Assembly: GCA_963753435.1 (NCBI GenBank)
Contig: CAVWCF010000001.1
Coordinates: forward strand, 32,001 to 96,000
Origin: an uncultured Actinomycetota bacterium
Lineage (GTDB): Bacteria > Actinomycetota > Actinomycetes > CAVWCF01
Direction of reading: 5' to 3'
DNA length: 64,000 nt
The position numbers and the translations under genes were made by a program. Below, in pieces: positions 19,153 to 27,696 of this stretch; position 1 is the first letter of the stretch, and every line of letters begins with the position of its first letter. The notes beneath the pieces were generated by a model, which saw only the letters and a program-made list of their open reading frames with translations, was not told the DNA's origin and made no database searches.

Positions 19153-19943
19153 TGATCTCGCCAGAGCGCGACAGCGAACGGGACGGCCACCAGGCCCATG
19201 CCGATTCCGCCGACCAGCGCGACTGTCGGTCGATCCAAGAACACGGCGTTCGCCACGACCCCGCCAACGTAGGTCCATAGGTACATCAGCGCGGGTTGGC
19301 GGTCGTCGGCGCGGCGATGACCGAGACGGTCCAGCAGCAGCATCATGACGAAGGCAGTGCCGGCCCAGCCGAGCAGATTCACCGCCGGGATTCCGTCCAG
19401 TCCGGGGAACTGGGTTGCGTTGCCGGTCCACACCCAGTAGCCCTCGGCGACCATCATCGGGTCGAGGAACAAGTCCCAACTGGCCAGCGCCCAGGCGCCG
19501 ATAACGGCTATCAGCAGCCAGTTCCGGGTCAGTCGGCGAGCCACGACCAGGGCCGGGTACGCCATCATCGCCCACGCCAGCGGGATGACGATCGGAACGC
19601 CCAGGAGTTGCGGCTGCAGTTCGTCGCTGTAGTTGTAGTCGCCGAACGGCCATCCGGTCCGCACGCCGATCGCTTCGACCGCCAGCCCGCCGCCGACGGT
19701 GATCAACAGATATCCGAATGTCCAGGCGACGCCGCGGTTGATCCAGGCGTGGCTGGCCGAAGCCAGGAAGAACGCGACGACCGTGGCCGTCGTCAGCGAG
19801 GTGCGCGAACCCGGCTCGGTCAGCGGGTAGGCGATCTGCAGCACGATGGTCACACCCGCCAGCAACCACGGAAGCCTCGAGACCAGCCGACCAGTGCCCC
19901 GGCCCGCGTCGGCGTAGCCGCCGGTGTAGACGCGTTGACTCAC
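19149..19943 (-). CDS. cruF: Carotenoid 1',2'-hydratase (CruF/DUF422)
   Basis: EAIGVRTGWPFGDY.Y, GVP..IPLAW, WDLFLDP and GIP.VN..GW. Confidence 0.85.
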   Translation of the reverse strand: MSQRVYTGGYADAGRGTGRLVSRLPWLLAGVTIVLQIAYPLTEPGSRTSLTTATVVAFFLASASHAWINRGVAWTFGYLLITVGGGLAVEAIGVRTGWPFGDYNYSDELQPQLLGVPIVIPLAWAMMAYPALVVARRLTRNWLLIAVIGAWALASWDLFLDPMMVAEGYWVWTGNATQFPGLDGIPAVNLLGWAGTAFVMMLLLDRLGHRRADDRQPALMYLWTYVGGVVANAVFLDRPTVALVGGIGMGLVAVPFAVALWRDQ

Positions 19944-20647
19944 TCGGCCGTCTCGTTCCAGTCCGCGCCGGCGAATCGGCCTTGCACCGATCGAACGGCC
20001 AAGCGGGCGAACAACTCCTCCGCATACCAGCCGACGTCCTCGGTTTGCCGGATCGCGTCGATGTGCTCGGGATTGCGGTAGGCGAAATCCATCAGGTGCT
20101 CACTGGAATCCCAGAGGCTGAACGTTCCCTGCAAGCCGACGGGGGCCTCGCCGATTCCGACCGCCAATTGCAGCCCTGGTGACGCCAGCAGCGCTTTGCT
20201 GACCGGCGGGACGGCCCGCCAGAAACGCCATGCCAACTGCGGTCGAAGCCGAGCCCGGGTAATGGCTGCGACTGGTCCGGAGTACCGAACCGGTTCCGGG
20301 TCCCCGAATGGCTCGCGGCCGGCCCACTGGCCCTTGCTGGCCAGCGGTACAAGCGTGATGCGCAGGCGCTCCTCGCTGCGCTCGTTCCAGCGCCGGACCA
20401 GCGGTGATGTCTCAAACGCCAGCGCAGCGGAGTCGCTGGACCAGGTCGCCAGGACGCCCCAGTGCCGGGGGTCCGCGTCACGCATCGTGAAGGTGCGTCC
20501 GTCCCCGGTGCCCAGCAGCTTGCCGAACAACAGGCCCGGGGACCGGCGCAACCAGACTCGGTCGTAGGCCATGGAACCGAAAGCGGCGGCCACGCGGGAA
20601 CGCGGCACCCCCCACAGGTGCAGCGTGACGAGTGCTGGTGCGGTCAT
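19940..20647 (-). CDS. crtA: Spheroidene monooxygenase-like protein (CrtA family)
   Basis: KLLGTGDG..F, GEAP...QGTFSLW, FAYR...H..AIR and W..EELFAR. Confidence 0.82.
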   Translation of the reverse strand: MTAPALVTLHLWGVPRSRVAAAFGSMAYDRVWLRRSPGLLFGKLLGTGDGRTFTMRDADPRHWGVLATWSSDSAALAFETSPLVRRWNERSEERLRITLVPLASKGQWAGREPFGDPEPVRYSGPVAAITRARLRPQLAWRFWRAVPPVSKALLASPGLQLAVGIGEAPVGLQGTFSLWDSSEHLMDFAYRNPEHIDAIRQTEDVGWYAEELFARLAVRSVQGRFAGADWNETAE

Positions 20648-20727
20648 GACCGCAGTCTGCCTGTCGCTGCTGCGGCCGTCGTCACTTGTGGTGGGGCGGC
20701 TTGCCGCGGTGCCGTTCGGTCAGGCAC

Positions 20728-21213
20728 TCACTCCGCTGGCGGCGCGACGTCGATCGGCTCGCCGTCGGTAATGCGCAGGAGTTCGGCGAAGGTGGTTGGG
20801 AACACGGTGTGTGCGTGGCCGGCCGCCGCCCAGACCTGTTCGTACTGCTGCAGCCACGTGTCCACGAGCGTTCTGATCGGCGCCGGGTGGCCGACGGGAG
20901 CTACTCCGCCGATTGCCATGCCGGTGTGGCGGCGCACGAACTCGGGGTCGGCCCGGTCGATCCGGGGCACGTCGATGCGTGCGGCGACGTAGCCGGTGTC
21001 CACACGATGGGCGCCTGAGGTCAGGATCAGCAGCGGTTGACCGGCGGCGTCGAAGATGAGCGAGTTGGCGATGGCGCCGACCGCACAGCCGAGTTGCGCT
21101 GCGGCGGCGACGGCTGTGGGGGCGCTGTCCGGAAGGGCGATCGGCGCACCGGTGGCACCGGCGGCGCGTAGGGCCGCTTGTACGGCTCGCACCGTGGGGT
21201 GGGTCAGCGGCAT
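20728..21213 (-). CDS. YbaK/EbsC aminoacyl-tRNA deacylase family protein
   Basis: TA..AAAQLG, IANSL.F, TG.AIGGVAP.GH and WAAAG. Confidence 0.9.
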   Translation of the reverse strand: MPLTHPTVRAVQAALRAAGATGAPIALPDSAPTAVAAAAQLGCAVGAIANSLIFDAAGQPLLILTSGAHRVDTGYVAARIDVPRIDRADPEFVRRHTGMAIGGVAPVGHPAPIRTLVDTWLQQYEQVWAAAGHAHTVFPTTFAELLRITDGEPIDVAPPAE

Positions 21214-21416
21214 GCGGGGACGCTACCGGGGCCTGGCGTGGGGTCAGGCGATCGCAACGAGATGGCCAGAAAGCATCCGCGGCGGGTGCTCTTGCGCACA
21301 AATGTTGCGTTCGGCGCTCGAATGTTGCGCGAACGCGCTCGGATTTTGCGCAGATTCGCAAGGTCGGTGCGACACCTCTTGACGGGGAGGGGCTAGGGGC
21401 GCTTCACTACGGGTAT

Positions 21417-21432
21417 TCGAACAAGTGTTCGA
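21417..21432. promoter_or_regulatory. LexA (SOS) box, actinobacterial type
   Basis: TCGAAC-AAGT-GTTCGA, an exact match to TCGAAC-N4-GTTCGA; TTGACG -35 at 21379-21384; upstream of the dnaE/dinB cassette. Confidence 0.9.
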
Positions 21433-21437
21433 ACTCT

Positions 21438-21593
21438 CCCGCCCCGGGTCGTGGTCCTCGACCCCCACGACCCGGGCGGGATTGCCGCCGGATCCCGAGG
21501 CAGACGTGGGGAAGCGTCTCCTCGGGATCGGCGGCAGGCGAGTCGTCCCTTCCCCGGCGGCGGACCTCCCACGCTGCCGAGGAGGAGGACTCG
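21438..21593 (+). ncRNA. Putative structured leader or small RNA (three long hairpins) downstream of the SOS box
   Basis: HP1 21438-21480; HP2 21483-21536 with loop TGGGGAAG; HP3 21539-21593 pairs a CCCTTCCCC arm with the GGAGGAGG SD. Confidence 0.6.
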
Positions 21594-21919
21594 TGTCCCG
21601 TCGTTATGCCGAACCGATCGACGTCAAGCGGATCGACGTCAATGCCGCTGTTGACGTGGCCCCCACCTCCGCTGCCCCCGCCCCGGAGCAGTTCCTTTGG
21701 CGAGGTCGGCTGTATTCGGTACGCACCGTGCTGGCGCATTGGGTGGAGGGTCGGGCCTGGTGGCGGATGCGCGGCCCGGATGGACTGCCGGCCGTCGCCG
21801 AGGCGGCCGACCTGGAGGTCTGGCGGGTAGAAGCGCAAGCAGGCCGCAGCCGATCCAGCGGTGTCTACGACTTGGGCAATGACGGCGGCAGGTGGCGACT
21901 GCTGGGAATCCAGGACTGA
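21593..21919 (+). CDS. DUF6504-family protein
   Basis: SD GGAGGAGG; RRYAEPIDV, PEQFLWRGRLY.V..VLAHW....WW, EVWRVEA and GVYDL...W.L. Confidence 0.8.
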   Translation: MSRRYAEPIDVKRIDVNAAVDVAPTSAAPAPEQFLWRGRLYSVRTVLAHWVEGRAWWRMRGPDGLPAVAEAADLEVWRVEAQAGRSRSSGVYDLGNDGGRWRLLGIQD

Positions 21920-22326
21920 TGGGTGACCAAAGAACAGGTGCCCGGGCGGTGGGTGACCGAACAACGGATGACCGGGAGATTAGGGACCAGGCACGACACG
22001 ACTTGGCCCGGGCAGTCGCACTGGAGCCACAGGAGCGCTACCGGGTGGCGCTGTCGGTTGCGGTCCGTGCCGCTGCCTTGGTGCTGGCCGAACGCACCCA
22101 TCCATCCACCATCCGGCGTGGCCCAACCGGGATCTGGGTGCTGTTGGCCCGGCATGCTCCCGCGTTGCGGGAGTGGTCGGACTTCTTTGTGCTGGCAGCG
22201 ACCCGCACTTTCGGGCCGCGGCAGCCGCCGGTGAGCGAGCGTGAGGCCGACGACTTGTTGCGAGACGCCGGGCGTTTCCTTGACGTCGCCCGGAACCTGT
22301 CCAGCCCACACCGATCTGCGATCTGA
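21919..22326 (+). CDS. SAV_6107-like HEPN domain protein
   Basis: ERY..A...AVRAAALVLA, W.LLAR.AP.L.EWS.FF and VS.READDLLR; TGATG coupling to DUF6504. Confidence 0.78.
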   Translation: MGDQRTGARAVGDRTTDDREIRDQARHDLARAVALEPQERYRVALSVAVRAAALVLAERTHPSTIRRGPTGIWVLLARHAPALREWSDFFVLAATRTFGPRQPPVSEREADDLLRDAGRFLDVARNLSSPHRSAI

Positions 22327-22331
22327 ACACC

Positions 22332-25300
22332 ATGTCCGCGGACTTCACCCATCTACATGTCTGTAGTGGGTACTCGTTGCGCTACGGCGCTTCTTCGCCG
22401 ATGCAGTTGGTCGCCGCGGCGGTTGAGCACGGCATGGATGCGCTGGCCCTGACCGACCGGGATGGCGCCTACGGCGCGGTTAAGTTCGCCAAGGCCTGCC
22501 TGGGCGCGGGTATAGCGCCGATCCTGGGTGCCGACTTGGCTATCGGGGCTGCGCCGACCGATGGGACTGCGCGAGCCGACGGGACTGCGGCGTCGGGCGC
22601 TGACGCAATCGCCGCGACGCGGCGCACTCCGGCCCACGGTGGCGCCCGCGTGGACCCACGCCATCGCCGCATCACCGTGCTGGCGCGTGGCGCAGCCGGG
22701 TGGGCGGCGCTTTGTCGAGTCATCTCCGATGCGCACCTGCGCGGACAACGCGGAAAACCTGTCACCGATCCGGCGATGTTGGCCGATCGCGCGTCCGCTG
22801 GTCAGCTGACGGTGCTGCTGGGGCCGTCCTCCGATGTCGGGGTAGCACTGGCCCGACGTCGACCGGATCTGGCTCGAGCCGCGGTTCAGCGTTGGCGTGG
22901 GCTGCTTCCGGATGGACAGTTGCTGCTGGAGGTCGTCTGCCATTTCGGTTCGACCGACGCCACCGACCCGTTGGTCTGTTCACTGCCGCAGGCAGCCCGG
23001 ATGCTCGGTTTCGCCGGTTCGGTAGGTCTGCCGGCGGTTCTGACCAACGCTGTCCGTTACGCCCAGCCCGACGACGCGATCACCGTGGACGTGTTGGACG
23101 CAGTCCGGCGCCTAGTACCGATGGATGCTCGGCACCTGGACCGCCCCAACGCGCAGGGGTGGCTGAAACCTGCTGCTGCCATGCACCGAATTGCCGCCGA
23201 ACTTGCCGGCCAGGTCAGTGTCGCCGGCGATACCGACCGGCAGGTTGCCCACCGACTCCTCGCCACCACCGCCGAACTGGCCGGTTCCTGCCGTCTGGAC
23301 CCGGTCACCGATCTCGGCATCGGCGGTGTCGCACTGCCGGAGTTGGCATCCATCCCCAGCATCGCTGGGGACCCCCGGGTGCGCCGCGCTGCAACGGGAG
23401 CGGGCGCCGCGGCTTGGGGGAGCACTGACATAAGAGAAGAGGCCCGCATCGGCGACGCGATCCTGCGCGAACGCTGCTTGACCGGACTGAACTCTCGGCA
23501 CTCCAGCGGCACCGGCGACGAAGTGCGCAGACGGTTGGACGAAGAACTGACCACCATCGCCGAACTCGGCTACGCCACTTACTTCCTGACCGTTGCTGAT
23601 GTGGTCGACCTGATCCGGGGCCGTGGGGTGCGGGTCGCCGCCCGGGGCTCGGGGGCGGGCAGCCTGGTCAACTACGCCTTGGGGGTTTCCGGGGTGGATC
23701 CGCTGGCGCACGGGTTGCTGATGGAACGGTTCCTGTCCCCACTGCGCCAGGCATTGCCAGACATCGACGTTGATGTGGAATCCGCTCGGCGGGAGGAGAT
23801 CTACACCGCCATCCTCGACCGTTACGGCGGATCCCGGTGTGCGTGCGTATCGATGATGGACACCTATCGGGTGCGGCATGCGGTCCGTGACGTTGGCGCC
23901 GCCCTTGGGCTGCCGCCCGGGGAGATAGACACCATCGCCAAGGCATTCCCGCACATCCGGGCCCGCGACGCCCGGGCGGCGATGCAGGACCTACCGGAAC
24001 TGCGCGCCGGGCTGGGTCGAGACGGCGGCGCCGAACGACTGGAGTTGCTGTTGAGTCTGGTCGAGCGCCTCGACGGACTGCCCCGCCACGTCGCAGTGCA
24101 TCCGTGTGGGGTGCTGCTGAGCAACTCCCGACTGCTGGATCGCACCCCGATGGAAGCAAGTTGGACCGGCTTCCCCATGAGTCAGTTCGACAAGGACGAT
24201 GTCGAGGATCTCGGTCTGCTCAAGCTCGACGTGCTGGGCATCCGGATGCAGTCGGCCATGGCGCACGCGGTCACCGAGATCGCCCGCGTCGACGGCGATG
24301 ACGTCGACTTGGACGTGGTGCCTTTGGACGACCCGGACACGTTCGCGCTGATCCAGTCCACCCACACTCTGGGTTGTTTCCAGATCGAAAGCCCCGGTCA
24401 ACGCGAACTCATTGGCAAGTTCGCGCCGGAGACGTTCGGTGACCTGATCACCGACATCTCGTTGTTCCGGCCCGGCCCGGTCAAGTCGGACATGGTCACC
24501 CCGTTCCTCAAAGCCCGACAGGGCTGGGCGCAGCCGGAGTACCTGCACCCGGACCTGCGTCCGGCGCTGGCGGAGACCTGTGGGGTCGTGGTCTTCCACG
24601 AACAAGTGCTGCGGGTCATCGCAACGATGACCGGATGCTCGTTGGCTCAGGCCGACGAGGCGCGGCGACACCTGGGCTCACCGGACACCGCCCCGGCGGT
24701 GCGGGAGTGGTTTCATCCCACCGCCATCCGCCACGGCTACGACCTCCCCACCGTGGAGAAGGTGTGGCAGGTGCTTGCCGCGTTCGCCTCCTTCGGGTTC
24801 TGCAAGGCGCACGCGGCGGCATTCGCGTTGCCGACCTATCAGTCCGCCTGGCTGAAGGCGCATCACCCGGCGGCGTTCCTGGCCGGGGTGTTGACCCATG
24901 ACCCAGGCATGTACCCCAAGCGGCTGATCCTTGACGACGCTCGCCAGATGGGTATCGCGATCCTTGGCCTGGACGTGAACGAATCCGATGCCACCTACCG
25001 TGTCGAACGCCTCAACCCGACCGATGAGCCGCCGCCGGAGATCCTGGGCGCCCCACCCCGCCGGTTGGCCACGCCGGGGGTGCCGGATGGGCGTGCCTAC
25101 GGGATCCGGCTGGCATTGCCGGAGCTGAAGGGCATCAACGATGAAGAGGTGCAACGGATCTTGGCCAACCGGCCGTACGCCACGTTGACCGACTTCTTCC
25201 ACCGGGCCCGGGTCAGCAGGCCGGTGCTGGAACGCCTGGTGCTGGCCGGCGCCTTCGACTCCTTGTACGGGCTGAACTCGCCGGCGCCGGTGCGCCGCCG

Positions 25301-26273
25301 CGGCAAGGTGACGCGGCGGGATCTGTTGCTGGCCGCCGCCGATCTGGACCGATGGGCGCGGCCGGCGGCAGGAGCGCGGGCCCGCCGAAGCCGAGTACGC
25401 CGCATCGACTCCGCTGCGGCTGAAGCGGACCCGGCCGTGCTGGCCGCGGAGCAGACTCAGGCGCCGCCGCCGGCGCGGGTGCCCGACGTGCAGTTGGCGT
25501 TGGACATTGGACCTGCCGAACCCGAGCCGGGCAGCGGTCTGCCGGAGATGACTGCGGCCGAACGGGTCCGCGCCGAACTCGATGTGCTCGGTCTGGACGC
25601 CAGCGGGCACGTCGTCGACTTCTACGCGCCGGTGCTGAACGCCATCGGAGTCACTCGTTCAGCGGATCTGCTCGGTCAACGATCCCAGGCAGAACTGTGG
25701 GTGGCCGGAGTGAAGGTCGCCACCCAGACTCCGCCGATCCGATCCGGGCGCCGGGTGGTGTTCCTGACGTTGGACGACGGCACCGGGCCGGTGGACGCGA
25801 CCTTCTTCGAAGACGCACAGGGCCCGTATGCGGCGACCTTGTTCCACTCCTGGTTGCTGCTGGTGCGTGGGCAGCTTCGACGTACCGGGCCCCGTGGGGT
25901 CAGCCTGCGGGCCACCGGTTGCTGGGAGCTGACCAGCATTTCGGCGGCCTATCGGGATGGTGGGGTCGAGGCGGTGCACGACCTGCTGGTGCCACCACCG
26001 GGTTGGGACCAAGCCGACGAAGCAGCGGTGGCTGCCGCAGCGGCAAGCCGGTCCACCCGACCGGTGCTGGTCCGAACGCCGGACGGCGCGAGCTTCGACC
26101 CGGCCGCTGGGCCGGCTGGCACTCGGGCCGGAGGCATGGGTCCGCGCCGGGTGCTGGTACACGTATCCGGTTTCAAACAGTCCCCGTACGCCGACGTGCG
26201 CCCGCCGGGCGAGGAGGTCACCAAGCCGCCACGAAAACTGTGGCACTCAAGTCCTGGCTCCTCCGGCGGATAG
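22332..26273 (+). CDS. dnaE2: SOS-inducible DNA polymerase III alpha subunit (DnaE2-like)
   Basis: PHP domain HLHV.SGYS/LTDRDG; RGSGAGS, PDIDVD, KLDVLG, FQIESPGQ and FGFCKAHA; OB fold; tail KLWHSSPGSSGG. Confidence 0.9.
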   Translation: MSADFTHLHVCSGYSLRYGASSPMQLVAAAVEHGMDALALTDRDGAYGAVKFAKACLGAGIAPILGADLAIGAAPTDGTARADGTAASGADAIAATRRTPAHGGARVDPRHRRITVLARGAAGWAALCRVISDAHLRGQRGKPVTDPAMLADRASAGQLTVLLGPSSDVGVALARRRPDLARAAVQRWRGLLPDGQLLLEVVCHFGSTDATDPLVCSLPQAARMLGFAGSVGLPAVLTNAVRYAQPDDAITVDVLDAVRRLVPMDARHLDRPNAQGWLKPAAAMHRIAAELAGQVSVAGDTDRQVAHRLLATTAELAGSCRLDPVTDLGIGGVALPELASIPSIAGDPRVRRAATGAGAAAWGSTDIREEARIGDAILRERCLTGLNSRHSSGTGDEVRRRLDEELTTIAELGYATYFLTVADVVDLIRGRGVRVAARGSGAGSLVNYALGVSGVDPLAHGLLMERFLSPLRQALPDIDVDVESARREEIYTAILDRYGGSRCACVSMMDTYRVRHAVRDVGAALGLPPGEIDTIAKAFPHIRARDARAAMQDLPELRAGLGRDGGAERLELLLSLVERLDGLPRHVAVHPCGVLLSNSRLLDRTPMEASWTGFPMSQFDKDDVEDLGLLKLDVLGIRMQSAMAHAVTEIARVDGDDVDLDVVPLDDPDTFALIQSTHTLGCFQIESPGQRELIGKFAPETFGDLITDISLFRPGPVKSDMVTPFLKARQGWAQPEYLHPDLRPALAETCGVVVFHEQVLRVIATMTGCSLAQADEARRHLGSPDTAPAVREWFHPTAIRHGYDLPTVEKVWQVLAAFASFGFCKAHAAAFALPTYQSAWLKAHHPAAFLAGVLTHDPGMYPKRLILDDARQMGIAILGLDVNESDATYRVERLNPTDEPPPEILGAPPRRLATPGVPDGRAYGIRLALPELKGINDEEVQRILANRPYATLTDFFHRARVSRPVLERLVLAGAFDSLYGLNSPAPVRRRGKVTRRDLLLAAADLDRWARPAAGARARRSRVRRIDSAAAEADPAVLAAEQTQAPPPARVPDVQLALDIGPAEPEPGSGLPEMTAAERVRAELDVLGLDASGHVVDFYAPVLNAIGVTRSADLLGQRSQAELWVAGVKVATQTPPIRSGRRVVFLTLDDGTGPVDATFFEDAQGPYAATLFHSWLLLVRGQLRRTGPRGVSLRATGCWELTSISAAYRDGGVEAVHDLLVPPPGWDQADEAAVAAAAASRSTRPVLVRTPDGASFDPAAGPAGTRAGGMGPRRVLVHVSGFKQSPYADVRPPGEEVTKPPRKLWHSSPGSSGG

Positions 26274-26292
26274 CGCCGAAGATGGCAACAAG

Positions 26293-27534
26293 ATGAGCCG
26301 CAAGCAGTTGCGCCGCAATGATTCAGTTGAACCTGCGCCCACGACAGTCGATGACACCGGGTGCACCGTTCTGCACGTGGATATGGACGCCTTCTACGCG
26401 TCGGTGTCCCTGCTGGAGCACCCTGAACTCATCGGCCAACCAGTCATCGTCGGCGGTGGCGGCACCCGCGGCGTGGTGCTGAGCGCCACCTACGAAGCCC
26501 GCAGATTCGGAGTGCACTCGGCAATGCCGATGACCCGGGCGCGACGCGTCTGCCCGACGGCGGTGATCCTGGAGCCGGACCATTCCCGCTATGCCGCGGT
26601 CAGCGACTCGGTCATGCAGATATTTGCGTCCATCACGCCGCGCTACGAACCGCTCAGCCTGGATGAAGCGTTCCTCGACGTTGCCGGTGCCCGACGCCGT
26701 GTCGGTCCGCCCAGGCACATCGCCGAGCTGATCCGGGCCCGCGTGGCCGACGAGCAGGGCATCACCTGCTCCGTCGGTGTGGCGTCGACGAAGTTCGTCG
26801 CCAAACTGGCGTCCACCCGGGCCAAGCCTGATGGCCTCATCGTCGTGCCGGCCGACAGCGTCGTGCAGTTCCTGCACCCGTTGCCGGTCGCCGCGCTTTG
26901 GGGGGTGGGGGAGAAGACCGAGGAAGTGCTGACCCGGCTGGGGCTACGAACCGTCGGCGACCTCGCGCGCACACCCGTGGCCACGCTGCAGCGGGCGCTC
27001 GGCCCCGCGGCCGGCAGCCACCTGTCCGACCTGGCCTGGGGGCGTGATCCCAGGTCGGTTACGCCGAACGAGCCGGACAAAAGCATCGGCGCTGAGGAGA
27101 CGTTCAGCCGGGACACCGACGACCCTGAGGTCCTGCGCCGGGAGTTCCTGCGCCTGACCGAACGTGTCGCGGCCCGGCTACGTGCGGGCGGCTGGGTCGG
27201 TAGAACGGTCAGCATCAAGGTGCGGTTCGCTGACTTCTCCACGATCACTCGGGCCAAGACGCTGCGCGAGCCGACGGACGTGGCCCAACTGATCTACCCC
27301 GTGGTCCGGGCCTTGTATGACGGTCTGGGTCTGCAGCGGGCCCGGGTGCGCCTGGTTGGGGTTCGCATGGAGGGGCTCCTGCCGGTGGATTCCCACGCCG
27401 AGCAGATGATCTTGGACGCCCCGGACTCGGGATGGCGGGAAGCCGAGCAGGCCGCTGACCGGGCGGCGGCGCGGTTCGGGTCGGGCGCGGTGCGACCGGC
27501 TCGGCTGATCGATCCGCGCCAGGATCAGGCCTGA
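26293..27534 (+). CDS. dinB: DNA polymerase IV (Y family)
   Basis: HVDMDAFYAS, YEAR.FGV.SAM, SLDEAFLD and KSIGAEETF; clamp-like QMILD. Confidence 0.95.
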   Translation: MSRKQLRRNDSVEPAPTTVDDTGCTVLHVDMDAFYASVSLLEHPELIGQPVIVGGGGTRGVVLSATYEARRFGVHSAMPMTRARRVCPTAVILEPDHSRYAAVSDSVMQIFASITPRYEPLSLDEAFLDVAGARRRVGPPRHIAELIRARVADEQGITCSVGVASTKFVAKLASTRAKPDGLIVVPADSVVQFLHPLPVAALWGVGEKTEEVLTRLGLRTVGDLARTPVATLQRALGPAAGSHLSDLAWGRDPRSVTPNEPDKSIGAEETFSRDTDDPEVLRREFLRLTERVAARLRAGGWVGRTVSIKVRFADFSTITRAKTLREPTDVAQLIYPVVRALYDGLGLQRARVRLVGVRMEGLLPVDSHAEQMILDAPDSGWREAEQAADRAAARFGSGAVRPARLIDPRQDQA

Positions 27535-27696
27535 TCAGCCCCGAATCCGACTCGGGGCGGAATCCGGCGCTGCCCGCGCTTCACCGTCCGGCCCGATTTG
27601 CCGATGCTTGAATTCTCGCCCGGGTTTCCCACCGGGCCGATGCGGCCTATCCTGATTACACCGGTTGCCCCGGTGGTCCGCGGAGAGGAGACGCCC

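Noticed and set aside
18034-20025. 663-aa ORF suggesting a fused glycosyltransferase
   Set aside because: The N-terminal ~290 aa are an Arg-rich alternative frame over cruF; the real ATG at 19152 overlaps the cruF stop.
21425-21592. Extended N-terminus of DUF6504 starting inside the LexA box
   Set aside because: The region is better explained as a structured RNA; a strong SD precedes GTG 21593.
21593-22326. HEPN gene as a toxin-antitoxin or anti-phage module
   Set aside because: There is no MNT partner and no clear R-X4-6-H motif; the context is an SOS polymerase operon.
25957-26292. N-terminal extension of dinB overlapping dnaE (possible frameshift fusion)
   Set aside because: No slippery site is evident, dnaE has its own conserved-looking tail and stop, and DinB starts well at ATG 26293.
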